DNA of 64,000 nucleotides from Myxococcota bacterium (GTDB lineage: Bacteria > Myxococcota_A > UBA9160 > JAFDDA01): the NCBI GenBank assembly GCA_965228475.1, contig OZ245817.1:2592001-2656000 (forward strand), read 5' to 3'. Made by a program: the position numbers and the translations under genes. Below are positions 9,573 to 18,217 of this stretch, piece after piece. A model generated the notes under the pieces. The model saw only the letters and a list, made by a program, of their open reading frames with translations. It searched no databases and was not told where the DNA came from. Every line of letters starts with the position of its first letter. Position 1 is the first letter of the stretch.

Positions 9573-11153
9573 CTAGAGCTCGACCAGCTGGGCGGTGATG
9601 ACGTGCTCCTGGCCGCGGAGCTTCTCGAGGGTCTCCTCGCTCGGGGCCGGGTCCATGTTCACGAGCATGGCGGCCTCACGGCGCTCCGGGACCAGGGCGA
9701 GCTGCATGCGCGAGATGTTGATGCCCGCTTCGCCGAGCAGGTTGCCCACCATCCCGACCACGCCGGGCTGGTCGTGGTTCTGCACGAGCAGCGTCGGGCC
9801 CTCCGGAATCGCCTCCAGCATGAAGTCGTCGATGCGCACGATGCGCGGCTGGTTGCCGTGGAAGAGCGCGCCCTCGATCAGGCGGTCCGTGCAGCCCTTC
9901 ACCTTCGTCGTGATGGCGCTCGCGAAATCCCGGGAGCGGCTCGTCTTGCTCTCGATCACGCGGATGCCACGCTCCTGGGCGATCACCGGCGCGTTCACCA
10001 TGTTCACGCGGTCCGAAACGCTCTCGAGCATGCCCTTCAGCACGGCGATCGTGACGGGCGCGACGCGCAGGTCCGCGACGTCGCCCGAGTACTCGATCTC
10101 GATCTCGTCGATCGCGCCCTTGCAGAGCTGGCCCTGGAAGCGGCCGAGCTTCTCGGCGAGGGTGATGTAGGGTCGGATCTGCTCGAGCAGCTCGCCCGAG
10201 ACCGAGGGCACGTTCACGGCGTTTCGCACGACGCCCGAGGTCAGGAAGTCCGCGACCTGGCGCGCGATGGCCGTCGAGACGTTGAGCTGCGCCTGGCCCG
10301 TCGAGGCGCCGAGGTGCGGCGTGCAGATGACCTTCGGGTGGCTGACGAGCGGGTGGCCCGCCGGAGTCGGCTCTTCGACGAACACGTCGAGCGCCGCGCC
10401 GCCGACCTGGCCGGACTCGAGGGCCTCGAGCAGCGCCTCCTCGTCGACGATACCGCCGCGCGCCGCATTCACGACCAGCACGCCTTCCTTGCAGCGGCCG
10501 AGCGTCTCGCGGTTCAGCAGCCCGGTCGTCTCCTTCGTGCGCGGCACGTGGATCGTGATGGCGTCCGCGCGCGCGAAGAGCTCTTCCTGGTCGACGAGCT
10601 CGACGTCCGCGCGGGCCGCCGCCTCGGTGGAGATGTGCGGATCGCAGGCGATCACGTGCATGCCGAGCCCCTGGGCGCGGTCGCACACGATGCGCCCGAT
10701 GTTCCCGAGCCCGAACACGCCGAGCGTCCGGTTGTAGAGCTCCATGCCCTGGAACTGGCTCTTCTCCCACTTGCCGGCCTTCATCGACGCCGTCGCGTGG
10801 GGGATGTGGCGCGCGAGCGAGAACAGCAGCGAGAGCGCGTGCTCGGCGGTGGTGACGTTGTTGCCCTCGGGCGTGTTCATCACGACGATGCCGCGCTGGG
10901 TGGCCGCCGCGAGATCGACGTTGTCGACGCCGATGCCGGCGCGGCCGACGGCGCGCAGCTTGTCGGCGCGCTCGATCACGTCCGCGGTCACCTTGGTGCC
11001 GCTGCGGATCACGAGCCCGTCGAACTCGCCGATGCACTCGAGCAGGTCGCCCGGGTCGATGCCCGGCTGGTAGCTGACCTCGAGGCCCGGGGTTTGTTCG
11101 AGGATTTCGAGCCCCTGGGGCGCGGTCTTGTCGCTGACGAGGACCTTCGGCAC
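9573..11153 (-). CDS. serA: D-3-phosphoglycerate dehydrogenase (type I, with ASB and ACT domains)
   Basis: GRAGIGVDNVD, GLGNIG, NAARGG, TPHLGAST and C-terminal ACT domain (DQPGVVG). GTG start after an AAAGGAGAG RBS. Confidence 0.97.
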   Translation of the reverse strand: MPKVLVSDKTAPQGLEILEQTPGLEVSYQPGIDPGDLLECIGEFDGLVIRSGTKVTADVIERADKLRAVGRAGIGVDNVDLAAATQRGIVVMNTPEGNNVTTAEHALSLLFSLARHIPHATASMKAGKWEKSQFQGMELYNRTLGVFGLGNIGRIVCDRAQGLGMHVIACDPHISTEAAARADVELVDQEELFARADAITIHVPRTKETTGLLNRETLGRCKEGVLVVNAARGGIVDEEALLEALESGQVGGAALDVFVEEPTPAGHPLVSHPKVICTPHLGASTGQAQLNVSTAIARQVADFLTSGVVRNAVNVPSVSGELLEQIRPYITLAEKLGRFQGQLCKGAIDEIEIEYSGDVADLRVAPVTIAVLKGMLESVSDRVNMVNAPVIAQERGIRVIESKTSRSRDFASAITTKVKGCTDRLIEGALFHGNQPRIVRIDDFMLEAIPEGPTLLVQNHDQPGVVGMVGNLLGEAGINISRMQLALVPERREAAMLVNMDPAPSEETLEKLRGQEHVITAQLVEL

Positions 11154-11308
11154 GGACGGCTCTCCTTTGAGCGTGCGGATGATGCTGGCGCGCGCCAGCG
11201 GGGGCCCGGCGGCACCGGAAGCGGCCCCGAGGACAGGGCGGTGTCCCGAAGGCCACCCATGGTGCCTCAACCCCCCGGAAAGGCGCGGGATTTCCTTGCG
11301 GAGCCGAG

Positions 11309-11337
11309 AGTGTGCGAGACCGGCGAGGGGGTGTCAA
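11309..11337 (-). promoter_or_regulatory. Putative sigma70 promoter for serA-purA
   Basis: Minus strand TTGACA-17 nt-CACACT, about 150 nt upstream of the serA start. Confidence 0.55.
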
Positions 11338-11418
11338 GCAGGAGCCGCCGGGGTAGCCTGCCCGGGCCGCGCCCCTGCCCCCGACTCCCGGGAGCGGCCG
11401 CCGCGGCGGAGGGTTTCC

Positions 11419-12210
11419 GTGGCTGCCAGCGAACCGATCGTCCTCTACACGACCAAGGATCACGTGACGCGCATCACGATGAACCGGCCCGAGGCGCGCA
11501 ACGCGCTCTCGCCGGAGCTCGTGCGCGAGCTGATCGAGGCCCTGAACCGCGCCAAGGTCGACCCGGACACCCGGGTGATCGTGATCCAGGGCGCGGGAGA
11601 AGAGGCCTTCAGCATCGGCGGGGATCTCGAATCCCAGGACCTGCCGCCCGAGAGCCCCTTCCAGCACTACGAGAGCGAGGACGCCTACACCGAGATCTTC
11701 CGCACCCTCGAGGACCTCGGAAAGCCCGTGATCGCCAAGGTCGACGGCTTCTGCCTCTCGACGGGCCTCGGCCTGGCGCTCGGCTGCGACCTCGTCGTCG
11801 CCACCAACGACAGCACCTTCGGCACCCCCGAGATCAAGCGCGGGCTCGTCCCGATGCGCGTGATGGCCGTGCTGATCCGCAACTGCGGTCGCAAGAAGGC
11901 CATGGAGATGATCCTCACGGGCCAGCGCGTCTCGGCGATGGATGCGGAGCGCTTCGGCCTGATCAACTACGCCGTCCCGAACGAGGACCTCGAGAACAAG
12001 CTGAACGACCTCGTCGCGCCGCTGAAGGAGAAGTCCGCGACGGCGATCCGCCTCGGCCGCGACGCCTTCTACTCGATGTCGGACCTCGAGTTCGAGAACG
12101 CCCTCGACTACCTCCAGTCCATGTGGACGCTGAACCTCTCGACCGAGGACGCGCGCGAAGGCATCGAAGCCTACCGGGAGAAGCGCCCGCCGGTCTGGAA
12201 GGATCGCTAG
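11419..12210 (+). CDS. Enoyl-CoA hydratase/isomerase family protein
   Basis: ITMNRPEARNALS, AFSIGGDL, FGTPEIKRGL and crotonase C-terminus EDAREGIEAYREKRPP. Confidence 0.92.
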   Translation: MAASEPIVLYTTKDHVTRITMNRPEARNALSPELVRELIEALNRAKVDPDTRVIVIQGAGEEAFSIGGDLESQDLPPESPFQHYESEDAYTEIFRTLEDLGKPVIAKVDGFCLSTGLGLALGCDLVVATNDSTFGTPEIKRGLVPMRVMAVLIRNCGRKKAMEMILTGQRVSAMDAERFGLINYAVPNEDLENKLNDLVAPLKEKSATAIRLGRDAFYSMSDLEFENALDYLQSMWTLNLSTEDAREGIEAYREKRPPVWKDR

Positions 12211-12214
12211 GGCC

Positions 12215-13492
12215 ATGTCCGGTGCCGCCCCCATCGCCGTGCGGCCGCGCGGCGCCGTCGACGCGGACTTCGTCGTCCCGGGCTCGCGGAGCCTGACGAA
12301 CCGCGCGCTGCTCGCCGCGGCCCTCGCCGACGGGGAGAGCCTGCTCCGCGGCGGCCTCGAAAGCGACGACACCGAGGCCATGCGCGATTGCCTCGATGCG
12401 CTCGGCGTTCAGGTGGATTCCTCCTCCGACCCGTGGCGGGTGCGCGGAGCCGGAGGTGCCCTGCTCGCCCCGAGCCGCACCCTCGACGTCCGCTGGTCCG
12501 GCACCACCGCGCGCTTCGTCACCGCCGCCGCCACCCTCGCGCCCGGCCCGAGCCGGGTCGATGGCGAGCAGCGCACGCGCGAGCGCCCCATCGACGACCT
12601 CGTGCACGCACTCGCCCAGCTCGGCGCGGAGATCACGATCGAAGGCAGCGGGGGCTGCCCTCCCCTGGCCGTCGCGGGCGGCGGCCTTGCGGGCGGCGAG
12701 GCGGTGATCGACGGCAGCCGCTCGAGCCAGTACGTCTCGGGCGTCCTGCTCGCCGCGCCCTACGCCGGGGCCCCCGTGCGCCTGAGGCTCAAGGACGGCG
12801 TGCTGATCTCGCGGCCCTACGTCGAGATGACCCTTTCCGTGATGCGCGCCTTCGGCGCCGAGGCCGGCTGGGCCGCGGCGGACGAGCTGCGCGTGACGCC
12901 CGGCGGCTACCGGGCCCAGGACTACGCGATCGAGCCCGACGCCTCCTCGGCGGCCTACCCCTTCGCGGCGGCGGCGATCACGGGCGGGCGCGTCCGCGTG
13001 CCGCGCCTCTCGGCGCGCTCGACCCAGGCCGACGTCCGCTTTCTCGACGCCCTCGAAGCCATGGGCTGCACGATCGACCGCGGCGAGGATTCCTGCGAGG
13101 TACGCGGGCCGGAGCAGCTCCGCGCGATCGACGTCGACGCCAACGACTTCCCGGATGCCTCCATGGCCCTGGCCGTCGTGGCCCTGTTCGCGGACGGCCC
13201 GAGCCACATCCGCAACGTCTGGAACCTGCGGATCAAGGAGACGGACCGCCTCGCGGCCCTCGAGACCGAGCTCCGAAAGCTCGGCGCGGGCGCCACCGCG
13301 GGCCCGGAGGACCTCCGCGTCGAGCCGGCCGCGGCATACCGGGGCGCCGAGATCGACACCTACGACGACCACCGCATGGCCATGGCCCTCTCCCTGGCCG
13401 GCCTCCGCATCCCGGGCGTGGCCATCCGGGACCCGGAGTGCGTCCGCAAGACCTGGCCGGATTACTTTCGGGCCCTCGAGCGTCTGTCCTAG
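12215..13492 (+). CDS. aroA: 3-phosphoshikimate 1-carboxyvinyltransferase (EPSP synthase)
   Basis: PGSRSLTNR, SGTTARF, SSQYVSG, EPDASSA, LRIKETDR, DDHRMAM and KTWPDY motifs. Confidence 0.96.
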   Translation: MSGAAPIAVRPRGAVDADFVVPGSRSLTNRALLAAALADGESLLRGGLESDDTEAMRDCLDALGVQVDSSSDPWRVRGAGGALLAPSRTLDVRWSGTTARFVTAAATLAPGPSRVDGEQRTRERPIDDLVHALAQLGAEITIEGSGGCPPLAVAGGGLAGGEAVIDGSRSSQYVSGVLLAAPYAGAPVRLRLKDGVLISRPYVEMTLSVMRAFGAEAGWAAADELRVTPGGYRAQDYAIEPDASSAAYPFAAAAITGGRVRVPRLSARSTQADVRFLDALEAMGCTIDRGEDSCEVRGPEQLRAIDVDANDFPDASMALAVVALFADGPSHIRNVWNLRIKETDRLAALETELRKLGAGATAGPEDLRVEPAAAYRGAEIDTYDDHRMAMALSLAGLRIPGVAIRDPECVRKTWPDYFRALERLS

Positions 13493-13578
13493 CAGGGGGA
13501 CGACGTGGATCGAGTGCAACAGACGGCGGCCGTCCGGCATCGCACGAGGATGGCGACGGCGGGCGCAGCGACGAGGGG

Positions 13579-14355
13579 ATGGCAGCGATGAGCGCGGCGG
13601 CGGCTCCGCAGCGCGAGGGCGTCCGGGTCGAGGCACGGGGGCTTTCGCGCCACTTCGGCGAGCACCGCGCGCTCGATGGCCTCGACCTCGCGATCGAGCC
13701 CGGCGAGACCTTCGGCCTGCTCGGCGCCAACGGGGCCGGCAAGACGACCTTCATCCGCCTCGTCACCGGCTACCTGCTGCCGACCGCCGGCGAGATCCTC
13801 GTCGACGGCTTTTCGCCTTCCACCCAGGCCCCGGAGGTGCACGCCCGGCTCGGCTTCGCGGCCGAGACCTCGCGCCTTTACCCGGAGCTCCGCGTGCGCC
13901 GCTTCCTCGCCTTCGCGGGCGAGATCCGGGGGCTCACCGGCGCGGCGCTCGAGGCGGCGATCGAGCGAGCGCTCGAGCGTTTCGAGCTCGGCTCCGTGGC
14001 GGGGCGCATCGTCGGGAACCTCTCGAAGGGCTACCAGCAGCGCGTGAGCCTGGCCCAGGCCTTCCTGCACGATCCGCCGCTGCTGATCGTCGACGAGCCG
14101 ACGAGCGGCCTCGATCCGCTCCACCAGGAGGCCGTGCGCGAGGTCATCCGCGAGGCCCACGGACGGCGCACCCTGCTCCTCTGCACCCACGATCTCGACG
14201 AGGCCCGGCGCCTGACCGACCGCGTGGCCGTCCTGCATCGCGGAAGCCTCGTCACCGCCGGGCCGACCGCCGAGGTGCTCGCCGGCGACGACCTCGCGCC
14301 GCTCTTCGACCCGACGGGCTCCGGCCACGAGCCGTCGGAGGCGGGCGCCCGATGA
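13579..14355 (+). CDS. ABC transporter ATP-binding protein (GldA-like)
   Basis: Walker A GANGAGKTT, signature LSKGYQQR, Walker B LIVDEPTSGLD and H-loop CTHDL. Confidence 0.92.
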   Translation: MAAMSAAAAPQREGVRVEARGLSRHFGEHRALDGLDLAIEPGETFGLLGANGAGKTTFIRLVTGYLLPTAGEILVDGFSPSTQAPEVHARLGFAAETSRLYPELRVRRFLAFAGEIRGLTGAALEAAIERALERFELGSVAGRIVGNLSKGYQQRVSLAQAFLHDPPLLIVDEPTSGLDPLHQEAVREVIREAHGRRTLLLCTHDLDEARRLTDRVAVLHRGSLVTAGPTAEVLAGDDLAPLFDPTGSGHEPSEAGAR

Positions 14356-15140
14356 GGCCCTTCCTCGCCCTCTTCCGCAAGGAGCTCGCGGTCCTGTTCG
14401 GATCCCCCGTGGCCTACCTCACGCTGACCTTCGTCGGGCTGGTGACGGCGCTCCTCTTCTTCGACCACCTGCGCGTCTACAACCAGGTGCTCTTCGTCTA
14501 CAGCAGCAACGCCATGCGCGGCTTCGAAGCCGGCACCGTCCCGGACCACGTGAACCTGCGCGACCAGGTCTTCGTGCCGCTCATGGAGACCCTGGCCATC
14601 ACGTTGATCGCGCTGATCCCGCTGGTGACGATGCGCGTGTTCGCCGAGGAGCGCGCGCGCGGTACGGACGAGCTGCTCCTGGTGAGCCGCCTCACGCCGC
14701 GCGCCATCGTGCTCGCGAAGTTCCTGGCGACGTATCTCTTCATCGCGGTCCTGCTCGCGGTGAGCTTCGTCTACCCGGCGACGTCGGTGGTGCGCGCGGG
14801 CCTCGGGCTCGAACATCTGGCGGCGGTCTACCTGGGCCTGCTCGCCGTGGCCATCGGCATCAGCTCGATCGGCCTCGCGTGCTCGGCCTTCACGCAAAGC
14901 CAGCTCGTCGCGGCGATCTCCGCCTACGGCGTGGCCTTCGTCTTCTACGACTTCGGCTGGGCCCTGCCCTTCGTCGGTGAGACGCTCGGGGGCACGCTCG
15001 ACCGGCTTTCTTTCCACACGCGCTTCGCGTCGTTCTCCGAGGGTCTGGTCGTCCCGGCGGACCTGATCTTCTTCGCGGGCGTCTCGGCGCTGTGCATCGC
15101 GCTCTCGCGCATCTCCCTCGACCTGGTGCGGGTCCGCTAG
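14352..15140 (+). CDS. ABC-2 type permease (GldF-like)
   Basis: ATGA overlap with the ATPase gene. KELAVLFGSPVAY and PLVTMRVFAEERARGTDELL motifs; about 6 TM segments. Confidence 0.88.
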   Translation: MRPFLALFRKELAVLFGSPVAYLTLTFVGLVTALLFFDHLRVYNQVLFVYSSNAMRGFEAGTVPDHVNLRDQVFVPLMETLAITLIALIPLVTMRVFAEERARGTDELLLVSRLTPRAIVLAKFLATYLFIAVLLAVSFVYPATSVVRAGLGLEHLAAVYLGLLAVAIGISSIGLACSAFTQSQLVAAISAYGVAFVFYDFGWALPFVGETLGGTLDRLSFHTRFASFSEGLVVPADLIFFAGVSALCIALSRISLDLVRVR

Positions 15141-16669
15141 TGCGCGAACTCGGCCTGGCAGGAGCGATCGCGATCGCCTTCACGCTCGTGTCCTACTACG
15201 CCACCCGTGGCCCGGCGGGCGGGGAGCTCGGCGGGTACGGCTGGGTGAACCTCGTCGGCGGCGGGGCAGCGCTCCTCGTGGCCGCCGGAATGGCCGTGCG
15301 GCGGGCCCGCGGCTTCGGAACCCCGGCGGCGCGCCGGATCCTCCTGCCGCACCTCGCCGCCACGGCGCTCCTGGTGACGGGCTTCGTCGTGGCCGAGGGC
15401 GCCGCCCGCAAGGCCGGCTGGCGCTTCGACTGGACGGCCGACGCCCGCTTCGAACTCGCCCCCGCGACCCTCGAGCTGTGCGCCCGCCTCGAACAGCCCG
15501 CTCGGGCGACCCACTTCGCCGAGCCCGGCGACCCGGACTCCCGCCGCACCCGTTTCCTGCTCGAGAGCTTCGTCGCGGCGGGCTGCTTCGACGTTCGCGA
15601 AAAGAACGCCGAGCAGTCCGAAGCGGAGCTCGACCTGTTCGGCGTGTCGACGCCCGACGCCGTCGTCCTCGAGGTCGGCGAGTACTACGACGTCGTCGAG
15701 CGCGCGAGCGAAGGGAGCCTGCTCGAGACGCTCCTGCGCCTCGAGAGCGACCCGACCCGCACCCTTTACGTCACGATCGGCGAGGGCGAGGGCGACTTCC
15801 GCGCCCCCGGGCCGGCCGGCTACTCGGGCCTGCGCGAGGCCCTCGGGAGCGAGGGCTACGTCCTGAAGAGCCTGGTGCTCGTCGCTGCGGGCGAAGTGCC
15901 CGAGGACGCGGACGGCGTGCTCGTGATCGCGCCGCGCCGGCCGCTCCACGCGAGCGCCCAGGACGCCTTGGAACGCTACGTCTCGCGCGGTGGACGGCTC
16001 GTCACGATGCTCGAACCGGGGATCGACACGGGCCTCGAACCGCTGCTCGAGCGGTTCGGCATCGACGCCGGGCCCGGCCTCGTCGTGGACTCCCGCTTCG
16101 CGGATCTCCAGGGGACCGCCCGGGGCACGGGCGTGCTCGTCTCGGACTACGCGGACCACCCCGTCGTCGAGGGCTTCGAAGGACGCCACATGAGCTTCTT
16201 CCCGAGCGTCCGCGCCGTCGTGCCGGCCCGCAAGCCGACGCCCGACGATCAGCTCGCCGCGATCCTCTACACGAGCCGCGAGGCGTTCCTCTCCGACAAC
16301 GTGGAGGCCGCCCGCCGCGGCATCGCCCCCACCCGCGGCGACGCGCGCCTCGAGCGCTTCCCGCTGGCGGCCTCGGGCCGCTACCCGCGCGAAGCCGGCG
16401 AAGGCCGCATCGTCGCCTTCGGGGACGCGGACTTCGCGAGCAACCGCTACGCCCGGGCCCTCTACAACCTCGACGTCGTCCTGAATGCCGTGCACTGGGC
16501 GCTCGAGCGCGAGCCCCAGATCACCCGGCGGCCCAAGGTGCTGACGCCCTACCAGACTCCGCTCCCGCCGCAGACCACCTTGCAGATGCTCTACGGCGTC
16601 GGCCTGCTCGTTCCGGAAGTGCTCTTGATCATCGGCGGGATCGTCTGGATCCGCCGGCGCTCGGGCTAG
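15140..16669 (+). CDS. GldG-family ABC auxiliary component
   Basis: RFDWTADARFEL, YVTIGEGE, LERYVSRGGRL and GRIVAFGDADF...NLDVVLNAVHW motifs, with N- and C-terminal TM helices. Confidence 0.85.
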   Translation: MRELGLAGAIAIAFTLVSYYATRGPAGGELGGYGWVNLVGGGAALLVAAGMAVRRARGFGTPAARRILLPHLAATALLVTGFVVAEGAARKAGWRFDWTADARFELAPATLELCARLEQPARATHFAEPGDPDSRRTRFLLESFVAAGCFDVREKNAEQSEAELDLFGVSTPDAVVLEVGEYYDVVERASEGSLLETLLRLESDPTRTLYVTIGEGEGDFRAPGPAGYSGLREALGSEGYVLKSLVLVAAGEVPEDADGVLVIAPRRPLHASAQDALERYVSRGGRLVTMLEPGIDTGLEPLLERFGIDAGPGLVVDSRFADLQGTARGTGVLVSDYADHPVVEGFEGRHMSFFPSVRAVVPARKPTPDDQLAAILYTSREAFLSDNVEAARRGIAPTRGDARLERFPLAASGRYPREAGEGRIVAFGDADFASNRYARALYNLDVVLNAVHWALEREPQITRRPKVLTPYQTPLPPQTTLQMLYGVGLLVPEVLLIIGGIVWIRRRSG

Positions 16670-16704
16670 GCCCGGCGCTCGCCCCGCGCGCGGCGCCCGC
16701 GGCG

Positions 16705-17133
16705 TCAGTTCCTCGGTTTCCTCGTCGCCAGGCCGATCCCCCGCGCGCCGGCCTGCTGAGCGACGTCGAGGATGTTCACGGCCTGGCCGAGCAGGACCTG
16801 CCGGTCCCCCTTCAGCACCACGAACTTCTCGCGCGATTCCTCGAGGGCGGCCGTCAGCACGGCCACGATGTTCGCGTCGCTCACGGTCTCGTCGTTCACC
16901 TGGACGACGCCGTCCTTGGTGACGGTGACCGTGACGCCCTGGGGCGAGGTGTCCGAGACGGCGGCCTCGGGCAGGTTCACGTTCTTGCCCTGGCTCTGGA
17001 TCGCCGAGGCCGTGACCATGAAGATGATCAGCAGCACGAGGAACACGTCCGTCAGCGGGGTGATGTTGATCTCGGCGACGATCGCGTCGCCGCCGTCCCC
17101 GCCGTCGCTGCTAGGCAGGCTGGAGATCGCCAT
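16705..17133 (-). CDS. exbD: ExbD/TolR biopolymer transport protein
   Basis: EINITPLTDVFLVLLIIFMV with the conserved Asp; VNLP and LKGDRQV motifs. Confidence 0.92.
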   Translation of the reverse strand: MAISSLPSSDGGDGGDAIVAEINITPLTDVFLVLLIIFMVTASAIQSQGKNVNLPEAAVSDTSPQGVTVTVTKDGVVQVNDETVSDANIVAVLTAALEESREKFVVLKGDRQVLLGQAVNILDVAQQAGARGIGLATRKPRN

Positions 17134-17818
17134 CCGGCACCTCCTGCGCACCGCTCGCCGGCGGCGAGGCCCCACCGCCCGACGCTTCCACGTAGAGCAG
17201 GGCCTGGACGAAGCGGTCGCTCGAGCGATGGAAGACGCCCGCGATGTCGCCCACGCGCACCTGGAGCCAGTTGAAGAAGGCCAGCGCGACGATGGCGACC
17301 AGCAGGCCGACGGCCGTGGCCACGAGCGCTTCGGAGATGCCCGCCGCGACGACCTCGAAGCCGCCCACGCCCTCGACGGCCATGTCCTGGAAGGCGCGCA
17401 GGATACCGATCACGGTGCCGAGCAGACCGATGAACGGCGCCAGCGAGCCGATCGTTCCGAGGATCCACAGGCCCCGCCGGAGCTCGTGCACCACTTCGGC
17501 CCGTGAGGTCGCGAGGATGCGGTCGAGGTCTTCGAGGGCGACGTTGCGCCAGCGCAGCGCCTCCTGGAAGACGTCGCTCATGGGGGTCTTCGTCGCCTGG
17601 CACGTCGCCAGCGCGGCGGAGAGGTCGCGCTGGGAGAGCGATTCCACGACCTTGCGGGTCAGGTCCCGGGTGCGCTTGGCGAGGCCGCGGTAGCGCCAGA
17701 GCCGCTCGAAGACGATCCCGAGGGCGATCACGGACATGATCCCGAGCGGGACGGTCGTGAGCGCGCCGATCCGCAGCAGTTCAAGAACGGTCAAGCGTTC
17801 GACACCGACGCCTTCCAC
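17111..17818 (-). CDS. exbB: MotA/TolQ/ExbB proton channel protein (start approximate)
   Basis: LGTIGSLAPFIGLLGTVIGI and GISEALVATAVGL motifs; overlaps exbD. Confidence 0.9.
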   Translation of the reverse strand: MEGVGVERLTVLELLRIGALTTVPLGIMSVIALGIVFERLWRYRGLAKRTRDLTRKVVESLSQRDLSAALATCQATKTPMSDVFQEALRWRNVALEDLDRILATSRAEVVHELRRGLWILGTIGSLAPFIGLLGTVIGILRAFQDMAVEGVGGFEVVAAGISEALVATAVGLLVAIVALAFFNWLQVRVGDIAGVFHRSSDRFVQALLYVEASGGGASPPASGAQEVPDGDLQPA

Positions 17819-17834
17819 GAGCGCGTACCTCCAA

Positions 17835-17885
17835 CCTTCAGTCGGTTCTGAGCCTTCAGTCGGTTCCGGGCTTCGATCGGTTCCG
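17835..17885. repeat. Three tandem 17-18 bp repeats upstream of exbB
   Basis: ccttcagtcggttc at 17835 and 17853, plus degenerate cttcgatcggttc at 17871. Confidence 0.75.
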
Positions 17886-18027
17886 ACTCTTTCGGCCGGC
17901 CCCGATTTCACTACGTGCCAAAGGTCACTTCGGCTACGCGGCCAGCGGAATCTACCGGACCGCTTGTGGGGCTGCACCGTCACCCGTGTTGCGTGCTTGC
18001 GTTGCACAGTTGCCGGTCGCTGCTGCG

Positions 18028-18056
18028 TTGACAGCGTGAGGGCCGAAGCCTACGAT
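18028..18056 (+). promoter_or_regulatory. Putative sigma70 promoter for the TonB-like/repeat-protein operon
   Basis: TTGACA-17 nt-TACGAT. Confidence 0.65.
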
Positions 18057-18155
18057 TTTTCGAGGGTTCGGGGGGTTTTCTCGAAGGGTGTTCGAACTCT
18101 TCGGGCGTTCCGAACGTCGCAAGGATGACGGCGCTGCCGTCGGCTAGCATCGGCC

Positions 18156-18201
18156 GACTCGCCTCGGCGAGCTCGTAGGACTCGCCGCGGCGAGCACGAA
18201 G
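18156..18201. repeat. Tandem 23-bp repeat, each copy palindromic
   Basis: gactcgcctcggcgagctcgtag followed by gactcgccgcggcgagcacgaag; core CTCGCC-NN-GGCGAG. Confidence 0.75.
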
Positions 18202-18217
18202 GGAACTGACGTTCGGC

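Noticed and set aside
11128..14355. Long N-terminal extensions or fusions implied by the ORF track (ECH, ABC ATPase, and likewise the ACADs, biotin carboxylase and flagellin)
   Set aside because: The extensions overlap neighbouring genes in other frames. Better starts with an RBS or stop-start coupling lie downstream.
17905..17922. TTGGCACG on the minus strand as a sigma54 promoter for exbB
   Set aside because: The -24 box is good, but there is no GC at the -12 position (TGGCACGTAGTGAAAT).
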